A stretch of DNA of 64,000 nucleotides, taken from Enoplolaimus lenunculus (taxonomy: Eukaryota). Shown here in pieces: positions 1-12,800 of the stretch. How positions within the stretch are numbered: position 1 is the first letter of the stretch; every line of letters starts with the position of its first letter. The stretch is from contig JASANG010003696.1 of the NCBI GenBank assembly GCA_030248215.1, positions 310,001-374,000 of the forward strand, written 5' to 3'. A model generated the notes under the pieces. The model had not been told where the DNA came from. It saw nothing but the letters and a program-made list of their open reading frames with translations, and made no database searches. The translations under genes were made by a program, and so were the position numbers.

Positions 1-2796
1 AATCGAAAAATGTTTCGAGTCGGACAACATCAGTCGAGGGTGTATGCGTTTAAGAATCGCTTTGTAAGTACTTCAGTGGATCTTTATTTTTTACTTCTGA
101 CCCTACATTAATTTTTTCTACATCGGCTTCTGAGACGTAAACAGCTCCGTAGCCAGCTTTCAGCAATCGCATGCAAGGGTTTTCGACGACTTACAAGCAA
201 TGTTGAAAATTTTACAGGGAGAAGTCTTTCAGAGGGACTGAGCGCTCATAGCCCCAATGTTACTCTGAGAAGCGCAGTGGTAGTAAGCACATTATAAAGC
301 CTAAGTCTACACCACAACCTAAAGTTGAAGCTATGGCCCATAAAAAGCGTATAGCACCTATCATCAGTTAGCGATAAGTGTTCAAACAGACGAACATATG
401 CCATTGCAGAAGTCAAAATTGGTACAGAAGTAGGATAAATCAAACGCGAAAAATGTGCTGAAATTCGAACCTCTCCATGCGCTGGTTCCAAAGTTACATG
501 ACCTATGACCAACTGGTGATAAATCCTACACACATTTCACAATAAGGGCCTATAACTAAGCCTAAGCATACGCCTAAAAGCTCAGCGTAAGCAAACAATC
601 AGTGTAAAACTAAAGCTTTCTCTATTATAAGCCGGCGATAAACGGTTCGCCTCTCAAAGTACGAACCAATGTTAAACATTGGATTTGTTTCTTCAATCTT
701 GTACAGTAGCCGATTCATATTCCTGTGTTATGACCTGGGTGCCCCATTCGTTTCCGGCACCGTATTAGAGCAAATCACCAAGCTGGGTGTAAAGTTGGTT
801 GAAGACTTTTCAACTTTTGGAACATGCCAAAACCATAAAGCATCAACATATATACAAATATTTATATATAAATAATGAAATGGTGAGTCAAATTGGCTCT
901 CTCAGAAACAGGCTCTAAGGGACTCACTGAGTCGCACGTTTGACTTTGACGGAGTCGAATTTGACTCAGTTTGTGCAGTCCTGTAGAGCATATTTCAGAG
1001 AAAGTCAATTTGATTCACCATTTTTTGCAGTGTATAAACACGTAGATACACTGCCGACAGAGAATATATACAGCATGTTTCAAAGAATATAATGGAACGG
1101 CCAAAGACAAGCATTTTTACTCCTGTATTTACTTTTCGTATTTTCAGTCACAAAAGATTTGTTGCAAAGTTTGCAGTATTATCTTTGAAGTTTATAGACT
1201 TTCCGCCATCTTGAATCATTATTTACATACTAAATTGACTAGCTAGCTATGTCACTTATTTACAATTATTTTTCAAACCATGACGCATAAGGCGTTTGGT
1301 GTCTTGCTGTCTGGCATACAACTTTGCGCTATTTTCTTCTGATTCATAACGATATTGTACTATAAAATGCTTAACTGGCTAAACACAGATGACGAGTCAG
1401 TGCTTTAGACTTTTATTTGAAATTTACTAAATATTCATACTTTTTCGTATACAAAGAGAAGGGATAAGAGTTCCGGGTTTCTAAAATGGTAAGTCAAACT
1501 GACCCTCTCCGGAATAGGCTCTACGGAACTACACAAACTAAACAAAATTGTACTCCACCACAGAGCTGTTTAATTGGCGCAAACACAATGAAAACAGAGG
1601 TCGCTAAGCTATATATCGAGCCAGGATCGGGATGGTCATTAGCTGCGATCTTTGTGGGCATCACTGGCAAATATGCCGAAGCTCCAGTACGGACCCAGTA
1701 CGCAGTAAAATTCACCTGAGCGTTCAGCCTCCAAATACCGTTGTTGCGCTATACAGACAGGTCTCCAAAACCTCCAGCGATCTGCCTTCGCTTGCTGGAG
1801 GTATACACATGCGTGTACCTTTGGCCATCTGAGGGTACTGCCAGATCCAAGCGGACCACACAGGCCCACTCGCCCCAGCAGCGTTCGAATCAAAACTTTT
1901 GTATTAAGATTTAGTACTAAAATTGCGTTTGGTTTCTCGTTTGTGAGTTTTTTCTCTCACTATTATATATCGCCCGGCACCCTCAACTCACCGTCAGAAA
2001 TTTATGAATGTTTCAAGTGTACTATATATAAATTGTAAATAAAATATGTAAGTAGTATCGTATATAAAACACTCTTAATTACTTCAGCACCCCCATGCTT
2101 TATTCGGAAATTCGTCTCTGTCGCAAAATTATCAACTGCATTCACCATGGAAGTAGCATTAATAAGCATTTCAACGAAACAAATATCTGACTTGTATTTT
2201 GCGCAAATGGACCCGAGTAACATTTTGCAATTTCTCGCAGTCAATGTTCCTTCAAATCACCGAGAGTCGAACCTGCGTCGTTCAAATGTAATTGTTACCG
2301 ATCGAAACCAACATTTCACTCAATTCGAGCTACGAAACAATCAGTTGTCTAAGAACCAAAATGTTATCAAATTTATTAATGTTTTGATGACATTGGAACT
2401 AACTTTATTTTATCCCGCGTTGAAAAATTTTCAATATTTGTCTGCGAAAGCCGTATTCAAAATTTGTCTACAATTCTTGGTCATTTGCCATGGATCCGTT
2501 GCGAATGAACACCGTGTGAAGGATCAGAATCTACCTCGCAGCAGTTATACAGACAAGTGGGTAAAATAGAATATTGAGCCAATGCTAAAAGTACCGAAAA
2601 CCACCGATGTTTGAGACGTTTGTGCCGAAATTTTTTTACGAATCATTTCAGTTGGTGCAAAATTCTGACTACGCTTCTGATCCAGAGTGGAAAATTTGAC
2701 CGTGGGTTGGGTTAACATTTTCAGAATTGGGTATGTTTCTGGGTAGAGATTTGTGTTTTTATTCGAATATTTATGCTTTATCGTAATAGGTTTAAT

Positions 2797-3741
2797 TATG
2801 GTTGTTGGCTGGAAAAAAATTACCGGAAAAAAATGGTTTTATTCCATTTTTTTCCATTTTTTTCCAAGGGAGGTGGAAAAAATAGAAATACATTAAACGA
2901 TTCTTAAATATATAATTTGCAACTACGTGCCACTAATTTTCATGCAACACATTAACAATGACCGAGTGTATATGTCTACCAGGACACATTATATGTCCGA
3001 AAAGAGCAAAAATGGCAGCATTTAAATATAAAAATGGATTTCAGAATTGAAGCAAGGCCACGAGATTCAATGTAAAACTACATATGCATCTTGTTCGGTT
3101 CACTAATACCAGGTTTCGTCGACAATGGGGCCAAAGTTACGGCGCTCAAAACTGAAAGCTTGCTTTTACCATGCGATTTGACACTAGAAACACGAGTGGC
3201 TTGTTTAGTTCGCTTCACTCATGAGTTTCTGATGTTCTAATGACCTCCCTCGATTATTCCACGCCAAAACTTAAATTTTTAAAAAATTCGAATTTTAAGG
3301 TACAAAATTCCTTCATTGGACTCAAAATTTTTTCATCGAAAAATTATACAAATTATATGTCATTGGACACAAGTTACGGACCTAAGGCGAACATTGTTAA
3401 ATGTTTCCCAATCAGACGCCTGGGTAACGAGTCAGTGATATATAATTTGTCCAACTTATCGAAAAAATTTTGGGTCCCAAGGTGCTGAACTTGTGGCCTT
3501 AAAAATCGAATTTTTCAAACATTCAAATTTGGGTTGGAATAATCGGGGGATGTCATCAAAAGCCCAAATATGCAGAAAGTTTCAAAACACAAGCGTTTTT
3601 GAGCAAACGCCGGCTAAGAGTGGAATGAGAGATCACTCAGACAAAGAATGAATTTTTTCCATTTTTTCCATTTTTCCGGAAAAAAATGGAAAAAAAATTA
3701 TTTTTTCCGGTCATAATTTTTTTCCGGAAAACACAACCCTG
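2797..3741. mobile_element. Probable hAT-type non-autonomous element in an intron
   Basis: Subterminal inverted CCGGAAAAAAATGG motifs, right end CAACCCTG, both flanks contain GTTTAAT. Confidence 0.55.
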
Positions 3742-3834
3742 GTTTAATAATACGAAAGCGAAACTATACTATTTCAACTGTTTGCTGAAGTCTTGAGATT
3801 TTCCATAATGCTAGCGTACTGTTTATTTTTGCAG

Positions 3835-6800
3835 ACTATTTCTGATAAACACAAATATCTATGGAAATGCCGCATTTCAACAAAATCCATTAAAGCATGA
3901 CGGTAAGTTTAATTTTTGTAATTTCGTTTATAAAACTACTCGGCTCTTACCGACACATCTTCTTTAAGCCTAAGCCTAAGCAAAATACTGAGTAAAAATT
4001 AAGGTAGGGCGGATGTTGACCGTCATATGTGGCCTCGTCCCACGGCAAATTTTATCGAGCCGCCCGTTGCGGCCCCGTGCAAAAACTGTGTCCAACTTTC
4101 TCTACGTAAATATCAGTTATCCAAGTACTTTAATTTTACGTGGTGAAGAGTTCGCTTTTTTTAATTTATTGTATTTTCAGCCTTGAAGCCACCAAGAATC
4201 AAACGCGAAACGGCAGATTATGACACCAGAGATGATTCTACATATTACTACGACGAAGAGTAAGTCGAGTTAAACTTTTTAATATTCTTACGTCTTTAAT
4301 TTATTATACCATAATTATGGCAATATTTTCAAATGTGTATAGCACTTATCATCAGTTGGTGATTCGTTTTAAATCATTAGCACATACATTTCAAATTTAA
4401 TTGGTCCTGCTGGTCTGACCAGTTTGAGAGATCAACAGTTGTTGTTGCATTTCGCTTGTTCGCAAAAATTAGAGCGGATAATGGACCACATTCAACAAGA
4501 GTGTGCAACTTGGTACATTTTGTGTACAAAAGAATGTACCTAGCGCTCGCTGAGTTTTTGGCCGACCCGTCCCTTTATTTAGGGGGGTAAACATTGCAGG
4601 TTTTTTAACTTTACGCCTGTTAAGTAAATTCGAACAGATTAGGGGCTCGTCATAAAATCTTCTTTCAACTTGCAAGCAACATCTACCCCACTAATTGAGG
4701 GTATCGGGCAAAAATGCAACGCGTGCTGGAACATTTTGTGCCACGCTATAGCGTAGAAGTTGCATACTCTGGTCAATAGAGTCATCATGGACTCTTGGTA
4801 TTACCAAGAGCATATTAATATACTAGTCAACGTGTTGCAAAATTTGCAACGTTCCAATTAACAAAGCACGGAAAATGCTGTAGTTTGCATATCCGTATTT
4901 TTCTTGTTTTACATACAGTAAAATGTTGGACCGCTACCCAAATTACGTATGTGGACCATTCCAGCTTTAATATCAATAAATCTTAAGTTGTATCGCGCGA
5001 ACCTTTTTCTATGGTACTCCATTGTCAACGAGGGTGAGATTTAAATAAAGGTTTAATCCGCAGTTTGTATGCGACAGTTGAAATTTTGTGTTAAATTTAA
5101 TTGAATATTCACAATCGTATATATTAATCTGTTGACATTCAACTGTACCGAAGTCTTTGTTTCTGGTATGAAACATAGCGACAAGTTGGCCTTTACCTAA
5201 AATATTTGCCACGAGTATCATTAATCATAAAATGGTTCGTGCATATTTTTCTCATTCATACTTTTGGTTTGTTTTGGATTTCGGCTGAATTTAGGCTTAG
5301 AATTAGAGTAATTAATTTTGCAGTTTGTATTAAAGTTTTTTTCAGTGTGTCTGTGTGGAAGTTAGATCTCAGGTATTATTAGCCAACACTTGAGCTCAAA
5401 TAAGATTTAGTCGTTTTACGACGTTTACTATTGCGTAAGTTTAGGCTTTGGCTTAAACTTAGAAGTAAATGCTTATCTTTATGCGTTTGCTTAGCTGGTA
5501 GATTTACACTGGGCACAAGACCATTTTTCTAAACTAAAGACTAAGAAGTTTTTAGGGGGTCTGCGCCCTTCACCCTTCAACACTGTAGTTGTGGCCCTGT
5601 TTAATAAGTTGTTATCAAAGATAGCAATGGTAGATTTAGGGGCAGTTTTTCAAACCGAAAAGTGAGCTATTTTTTGGTGCAGCCACCCGCAAAATTAATA
5701 TCCAGGCTGCGCCAATTCCGTTAAGCCTAGATCAATGTCGAAGCTGCGCCTATATATGTTTGCCAAACCGCAGTTATCTTTTATCAACAAAAATATATAT
5801 AATGTTATCTGTTAATTTGCTGTAAAAAACACTTTCGGCAAATTTATTATTAAAGCAAATCCGTCTTTGACCCGAAAAAATGTTTGGGATATGCGTATTA
5901 GATGGTGTATTTATTAGCCAGAACAAGCAAAAATAAGTATTGTTTTCCGCGAAATATCACATGGTGATTAAAATTTTCAAAAAGTTATCAAATTTGACCC
6001 AGTATCAGATAACGGCAAATATGTATGATACTAAAGTAGGTTTAGGGACTGTGTCCGTATGTACATCAGAGTGGAAAATAAGTTACGATGTGTCAGTTAC
6101 AGGGTGTAACATTGGATATTAAAAATAACAGAAACAGAAATCAGATATTGAAGTATAAAAGTTTCAACGATGTTTTATTCTGTGCCAACACTATTGAGAC
6201 ATTCAAATATTCAGTGGGATTTCTAAAATTTTGTACAAAAATGACGGATCCACAGGAATTTTTAAGATTTTGAATAAATTTCGTAATTTTTTATTTCAAT
6301 TCAAACAATTGCGGTAGGTATATCTGTAATAAAAAATTTGGGAGATATATACGTCATTTAGAACTAAATTTGTTTTAGCGTAAAAATGACGGAACTTGTG
6401 GTAGTTCTATTACGGAAACGGACATCGATTTTAGCAGAAAACGGAGACTTGTATCCGGTTTGAATGTTGTCGGCTATGATCCAGTGGGATCCATGGGTAG
6501 AGTTAATCCCAAAGTCTGTGCGACTCACCACGCAAGACCCGAAATTAAATTTTGGTTCAATATACTTGACAAAATGTTGAGACAAGCAAGTGACAGCAAA
6601 GATTGAACAAAAAGACCGTTCAAACATTAATAGGCAAATGAAGTTTTGCAGCGATCAGAAAACACTAAACTTTACATATAAACAATGACTGGCTCAACAA
6701 AGCATTAAATGTTTGCAATCCAGAAAATTAAATTAATAACAAATTTTGCTTTTTGAAATCTTTGGAACGAAAAAATTTAGAAAATTTTCAAACGGGCATT

Positions 6801-9800
6801 TTTTCCACGCAACTCAGCACTTAACTTTGTTTGCAATCCAGAAAATTGAATTAATAACAAATTTTACTCTTTGAAATCATTGGAACGAAAAAATCTAGGA
6901 AATTTTCTTATCGGCATTTTTTTCCAAGCAGCTCAGCACTTAACTTTGTTTGCAATCCTGAAAATTGAATTAATAACAAATTTTACTCTTTGAAATCATT
7001 GGAACGAAAAAATCTAGGAAATTTTCTTATCGGCATTTTTTTCCAAGCAGCTCAGCACTTAACTTTGTTTGCAATCCTGAAAATTGAATTAATAACAAAT
7101 TTTACTCTTTGAAATCATTGGAACGAAAAAATCTAGGAAATTTTCTTATCGGCATTTTTTTCCAAGCAGCTCAGCACTTAACTTTGTTTGCAATCCTGAA
7201 AATTGAATTAATAACAAATTTTACTCTTTGAAATCATTGGAACGAAAAAATCTAGGAAATTTTCTTATCGGCATTTTTTTCCAAGCAGCTCAGCACTTAA
7301 CTTTGTTTGCAATCCTGAAAATTGAATTAATAACAAATTTTACTCTTTGAAATCATTGGAACGAAAAAATCTAGGAAATTTTCTTATCGGCATTTTTTTC
7401 CAAGCAGCTCAGCACTTAACTTTGTTTGCAATCCTGAAAATTGAATTAATAACAAATTTTACTTTTTGAAATCTTTGGCACGAAAAAATTTAGAAAATTT
7501 TCAAATTGGCATTTTTTCCACGCAGCTCAGCATTAAACTTTACATATAAGCAACGATCGGGTCAACCAAACATTATATGTTTGCAATCCACAAAATTGAA
7601 TTAATAACAAATTTTACTTTTTGAAATCTTTGGCACGAAAAAATTTAGAAAATTTTCAAATTGGCAGTTTTTTCCACGCAGCTTACGAAGCTGAGTGAAA
7701 TAGTGAGCAATTTATCAACAGTGTCTCACAATTCACGCGTTATTGTTCAATATAATTGATTTGGTTTCGTTTTAAACCGGTGGCAGAGCGCCAATTTCAA
7801 TTAAGCAACCACAACTCGTGAACCGATTGTTTGATTGCCAAAAGTTTTAGTGGCATTTATTTAGCGCCGCAAGCTGCGTTGAAATAGTATTTTTCAAAAA
7901 TTCAAATTTTAGTTATGCAATGATCAGGGAACGCCAAAAGTAGCTCAAATATACAAAAAATGGCCACTGTTACTTTAAGGAGCGTAACAGTACCTTAAGC
8001 GTATTCCTAAGGCTAAGCTTAAGCCTAAGCGTTGCAAAACTGTGTTCCGAAGCCTACTTAAGCTTATTTAAGTCTAAGCCTAAGCAAAAACTGTAATCTA
8101 GAAACTAAACCTACTGTTTTATGGACACGACCGAAACCTGGACGCCCTTTAAAGTAACATGGGATAAAAAATTAGCAAGATTATACCGTGTGTGGGTATA
8201 TATTGGCCGGTTGGAAGGCTAACCCAAAACCCATCAGGTTTGCAGGGTTTCTATATATCAACTTTTACTAATATAAAATCAATTCAACTGATATGTATAT
8301 ACAAATTGTCCGATATATTTCCAACCTTTTCGTCAACTTTCATACATATTTGAAAGGTTAAATCAGATATTTGAAAACCTTCTTTTTTCAATTTCAAATT
8401 ATTCAATTTTGTATTTCAGATCAGATGATTTTTTCAAGGATATTTATGATCAAATGGATGCTGATGGATACATATTGCTAAACAAGAATTGTACGTTTAA
8501 TTTGTACTCAGTTTAACTAAAGAGTTGATAATCGCTGTTTAACAAGAGTGTGCATCTGGGCACATCCTGTGTGGAAAACAATGTACCCGGCACGCGTTAC
8601 GTTTTTGCCCTGCCCCCCTTAATCTAGACGGAAGGGTACAACCGGTGCGAAGTGTGCAACTGGGTACATTCTGGGTACAAAAGAATGTACCCAGCGCACT
8701 TTGCTTTTTTGGCCTACACCCCACTTATTTAGATTGCGTGGAATTTACACAGACGAAGGAAATATATAATATGTTAATAGTAACAAAGTGTTCGTCTTTA
8801 TATTCTTTAAAATAGAATTTTTCTCTATATATTTGACATGTATTACATTATGTGACCTCGACCCTCCGAAATAAAGGGGTACAGCAAAAACGCAACGCAC
8901 TGTGGTACATGCTATACCACATGAAATCAAACAGTTGCACACACTTGTCCAAGATCGTTCACTTCCGGTATGACCATGAGTCGATGATGACTTTAAACAA
9001 GAGTGTGGAACTGGCCGAAAAATGCATGGAACAAAAAGTACCGACGCGCGTTGCATTTTTTGCTTTACCGCCCTCATTTGGAGAAAGCTACTTGATGCTT
9101 GGAACGCAAAATATACATCTTTTTTAAATATAAACGGAACTCAATCATACCCCCCGCCCTAATAGGGGGTAAGCCAAAACGCAACGCGCGCTATAGATAC
9201 ATTCCTCTGTACACAAAATGTACCCAGTTGCACACTCTTGTGAAAAGAGTCATTCTCGATTGTTGGTATGACAGATTTGAAATTTCTTCCATATCAAGAA
9301 ACGTTGCAATAAAGCGCTATTGATTTAAAATAGTTGTCTGCAACTTTGAAAACCTAGTCTCTTCTGGAACTTAAGTTAGGCTTAGGCGTTGCTGGAAAGC
9401 GAAAAATGATAAAAAAAATGCTATGGCTGATGCGTCCGCAACGTGAAACTTACCGGGGCTCTGCGTGGCCACTGAATATTATTTGATATGTTGTTGGCTA
9501 GTGCTGCGGATAACGACATTGCTAGGCTATGTCAGCAATCAATATGGGTGCCTATAATGTTGTTGTTGTTGTTGTTGTTGTTGTATTATTATTGTTGTTG
9601 TTGTTGTTGTTGTTGTAGGTTGTTATTGTACAGGACGGGTGACTCTGGACCTAATTTGCGGGCGGCAGACACCCGATTGTGGGTGTCGGTCTGTATGCAA
9701 ATTAGGTCGAGACGCACAGGTGGTAGCCGGGACCGGAATCATTGTTAGTTCATAGTATTGCTAAGCCAGTGGCTGAATTAAACAGATTCAGGCATAGGCT

Positions 9801-12800
9801 CTAAGGATTTCGGATCAGGCTACAAGTTGGATATCATAACCAGTATCTTACTTGTTATAATCGGTGTTATAAAGTATCGGGGTCGGCTAGTAAACATTAA
9901 CGAGCCGCGTTACTGAATCAGAGCGATTCGCATACATCGGAAAGAACGAAATAGGAAGTGTGATTCAGGATATAATAGTTACCTAAAATCACAAACTTCT
10001 CACACGAAATACCTCGCCTCTGGTATTCGAAGCAAATGACAGTTTATCGTACGCCAATTAACGATTGTGATATGTCGCAAAACAACAGTGATGTGAAACC
10101 AACGCCGATTGGTTAACAATATTGCGTCTGTCTAAATAATCAAACCTAATTGGTGTATAAGTTCAACTGAAGTTTAGCCCTGCCAAACTGCTATTATATA
10201 AAATAGCAGATTAGCCTAAGCTAATTAGTAATTGGCCTGAATAACAGGTTGGCCTACGGCACCTACACCAGAAACACTACATTGCTAAAAATTACTTCAA
10301 AAATGTTTATCGCTTAATAGTTTTTTCGAAATATTTTACTATGCAATAATAAGTATTTTGGCCAATGTTACTTTTTAAGGGGCGTAACTGTAGATTAACC
10401 GTATTCCTAAGCCTAAGCCTAAGCGTTGCAAGATGTGTTCTTAAGCCTAAGCCTAAGCCTAAGCCTAAACAAAAAATTAGTCTAAAGTTTAAACTGACTC
10501 TATTACAGACCCTCCGGAAACCGATCCGGCCCTGTTCTATACATGGGCCGACCCGCCAGTCGCCTGGACGCCCCTTAAAGTAAACATGGGCCAGTATTGA
10601 GGTAAAAACAGTTAATATTGAGTTTATACATTTTTTCAGTTAAATGTACCACCATCAACGATGCACCATGGCTCGAATGGAGTCCTTGCAGTGTAACCTG
10701 CGGTTCGAACGGTTACCGCAATCGTCATAGAGATACAACAACACAATGTTGCTCAAAGCTTGGAATTGAAATGTTTGAAAAACAGACGTGTGCTGGACCT
10801 GAACCTTGCCCGTATAGACCAAAAGCGAGTATGTTTGTATTACTGCTGCCGATCATATTGTGCCATGCTGATGACTGGTAAAAGCATATACGTTTTTGAC
10901 CCATGCAGGATTAGGCTCGGACTCAGGCTTAGGATTAGGCTCGGATTCAGGCTTAGGATTAGGCTCGGATTCAGGCTTAGGATTAGGCTTGGATTCATGC
11001 TTAGGAGGAGGCTCGGATTCAGGCTTAGGATTAGGCTCGGGGTCAGGCTTAGGATTAGGCTCGGATTCAGGCTTAGCATTAGGCTCGGATTCAGGCTTAG
11101 CATTAGGCTCTGATTCTGGCTTAGGATTAGGCTCGGATTCAGGCTTAGGATTAGGCTCGGATTCAGGCTCAGGAGTAGGCTCGGATTCAAGCTTAGGATT
11201 AGGCTTGGATTCAGGCTTAGGATCAGGCTCGGATTCAGGCTTAGGAGTAGGCTCGGATTCAGGCTTAGGATTAGGCTCGGGGTCAGGCTTAGGATTAGGC
11301 TCGGATTCAGGCTTAGCATTAGGCTCGGATTCAGGCTTAGCATTAGGCTCGGATTCAGGCTTAGCATTAGGCTCGGATTCAGGCTTAGGATTAGGCTCGG
11401 ATTCAGGCTTAGGATTAGGCTCGGTGTCAAGCTTAGACTTAGAAAACAAATTACCCAGTAAGTCAGTGGTCAACACTTTTCGTAGCCGTTTAACTAAAGG
11501 CCTAAGTGTGAACGCAAGCCTCGGTTTTAAATCTTAAACTATTAAAGGGGAACGTAAAAGGGTGATGTTTATGACTGAAATTTTAGATTTTGCTCTAATT
11601 CTGTTCAAGGTTTCGGTCCATGTAAAGATCAGAGGCGGATAGTTTTTGTATGGGACTAGAATAGAGTACGCGTAAGGTTTAGACTATTTTTTGCTTGGCT
11701 TTGGCTTAGGCTTAGGCTTAGGACTATGCTCATTCTTACGCTTAGGTTTAGGCTTTGGTTTAGGCTTAGGCTTACGAATATGCTAATAATAATGTTCCGC
11801 CCCTGTTCTTTACATTGGCCTAAAAGTGTCGCACAAAATTGCACCATTTTCAGTACGGAATATGGCAGATATGCTTCAACTGTGTATTGTAACAAATAAT
11901 TCTGTTTGTATGTTTAGTTTAATTTGAAAATATTTTGTTGCAAACGCTTTTTATGGATTGTTCCTAGTATAAGCATTGTGTTACTCAGGCTTATTTGGGT
12001 TCCTTCTCGCTTCGCTCGCGAGTTTTCTTCCGCCATTATATATTATACCCTGGCGCAAGTGCCGTCTGCTGCGTACCTATTTGATACTTTACTAGGAGGG
12101 ACCCAATCTTGCAAGCAGGAAGGGGCCTCATATACCCTATCCGCGACCCTGGTTTTTTTTCTAGTTTCGATAACGAAATGTGTATAATTCACAAAAGCTT
12201 CATTGCGTTTCCACCAGGCCGATAGCCAGCTCACGTTGCCAGGAGGGGAATTTTTCAGCATAAATATACAAGGGTATTTGTTGATTTACAAGCAAGGTTG
12301 GAAATTTTCTGGCGGGGGGGTGGCGCAAAATTTTTCCAGGGGGGTTGAAGCTTCATATTGTAATTTTTTTCAATTAACTACTGTATATTTATAGATTGTA
12401 CCGTTTCGCCGTGGACACAGTGGGCTTCTTGTAATCATGTGAAATGTGAACAAGTCGGATACACATCGAGAACGCGATTGGTACAAACCAAAGGAAGCGA
12501 CGAATATTCTTGCATAAACACTATTATTACCAAACGCAAACAATGCAATTATTTGATTTGTAGCGACAGTATGTTGTTAAACTTTAACCTCATCTAATTG
12601 CTAATCCAGCTAAATCTCAGGACACGGCAAGAGGCATTGCCTCAAATCCCTATGCAGGAATGTCTGTATATTTAACCTATTTGTACGTTTCGCCAAAGTT
12701 ATTGCAAAATTCAAGTTGATAAACTTCAGCATCTGATTTTTGAATTTAAAAAAATACGCTATCAAGGTCGGTGTTATGCTCCTAAATGCGTTATATACCA

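Noticed and set aside
2147..2730. First coding exon(s) of the TSP1 gene
   Set aside because: A donor at 2731 fits the phase of exon 3835, but no unambiguous ATG/acceptor chain could be chosen; left unannotated.
6708..7682. CRISPR-like array
   Set aside because: Head-to-tail identical units with no unique spacers, in a eukaryotic intron.
9488..9748. Poly-Leu/Cys ORF
   Set aside because: Translation of the (TTG)n microsatellite.
10907..11441. True telomere or chromosome end
   Set aside because: Arrays are short, degenerate, internal and mostly enclosed by TIRs.
10760..11537. Long repetitive ORFs ([20 protein letters not shown])
   Set aside because: They are open on both strands because the 24-bp minisatellite lacks stops in those frames; intronic, with no splice support.
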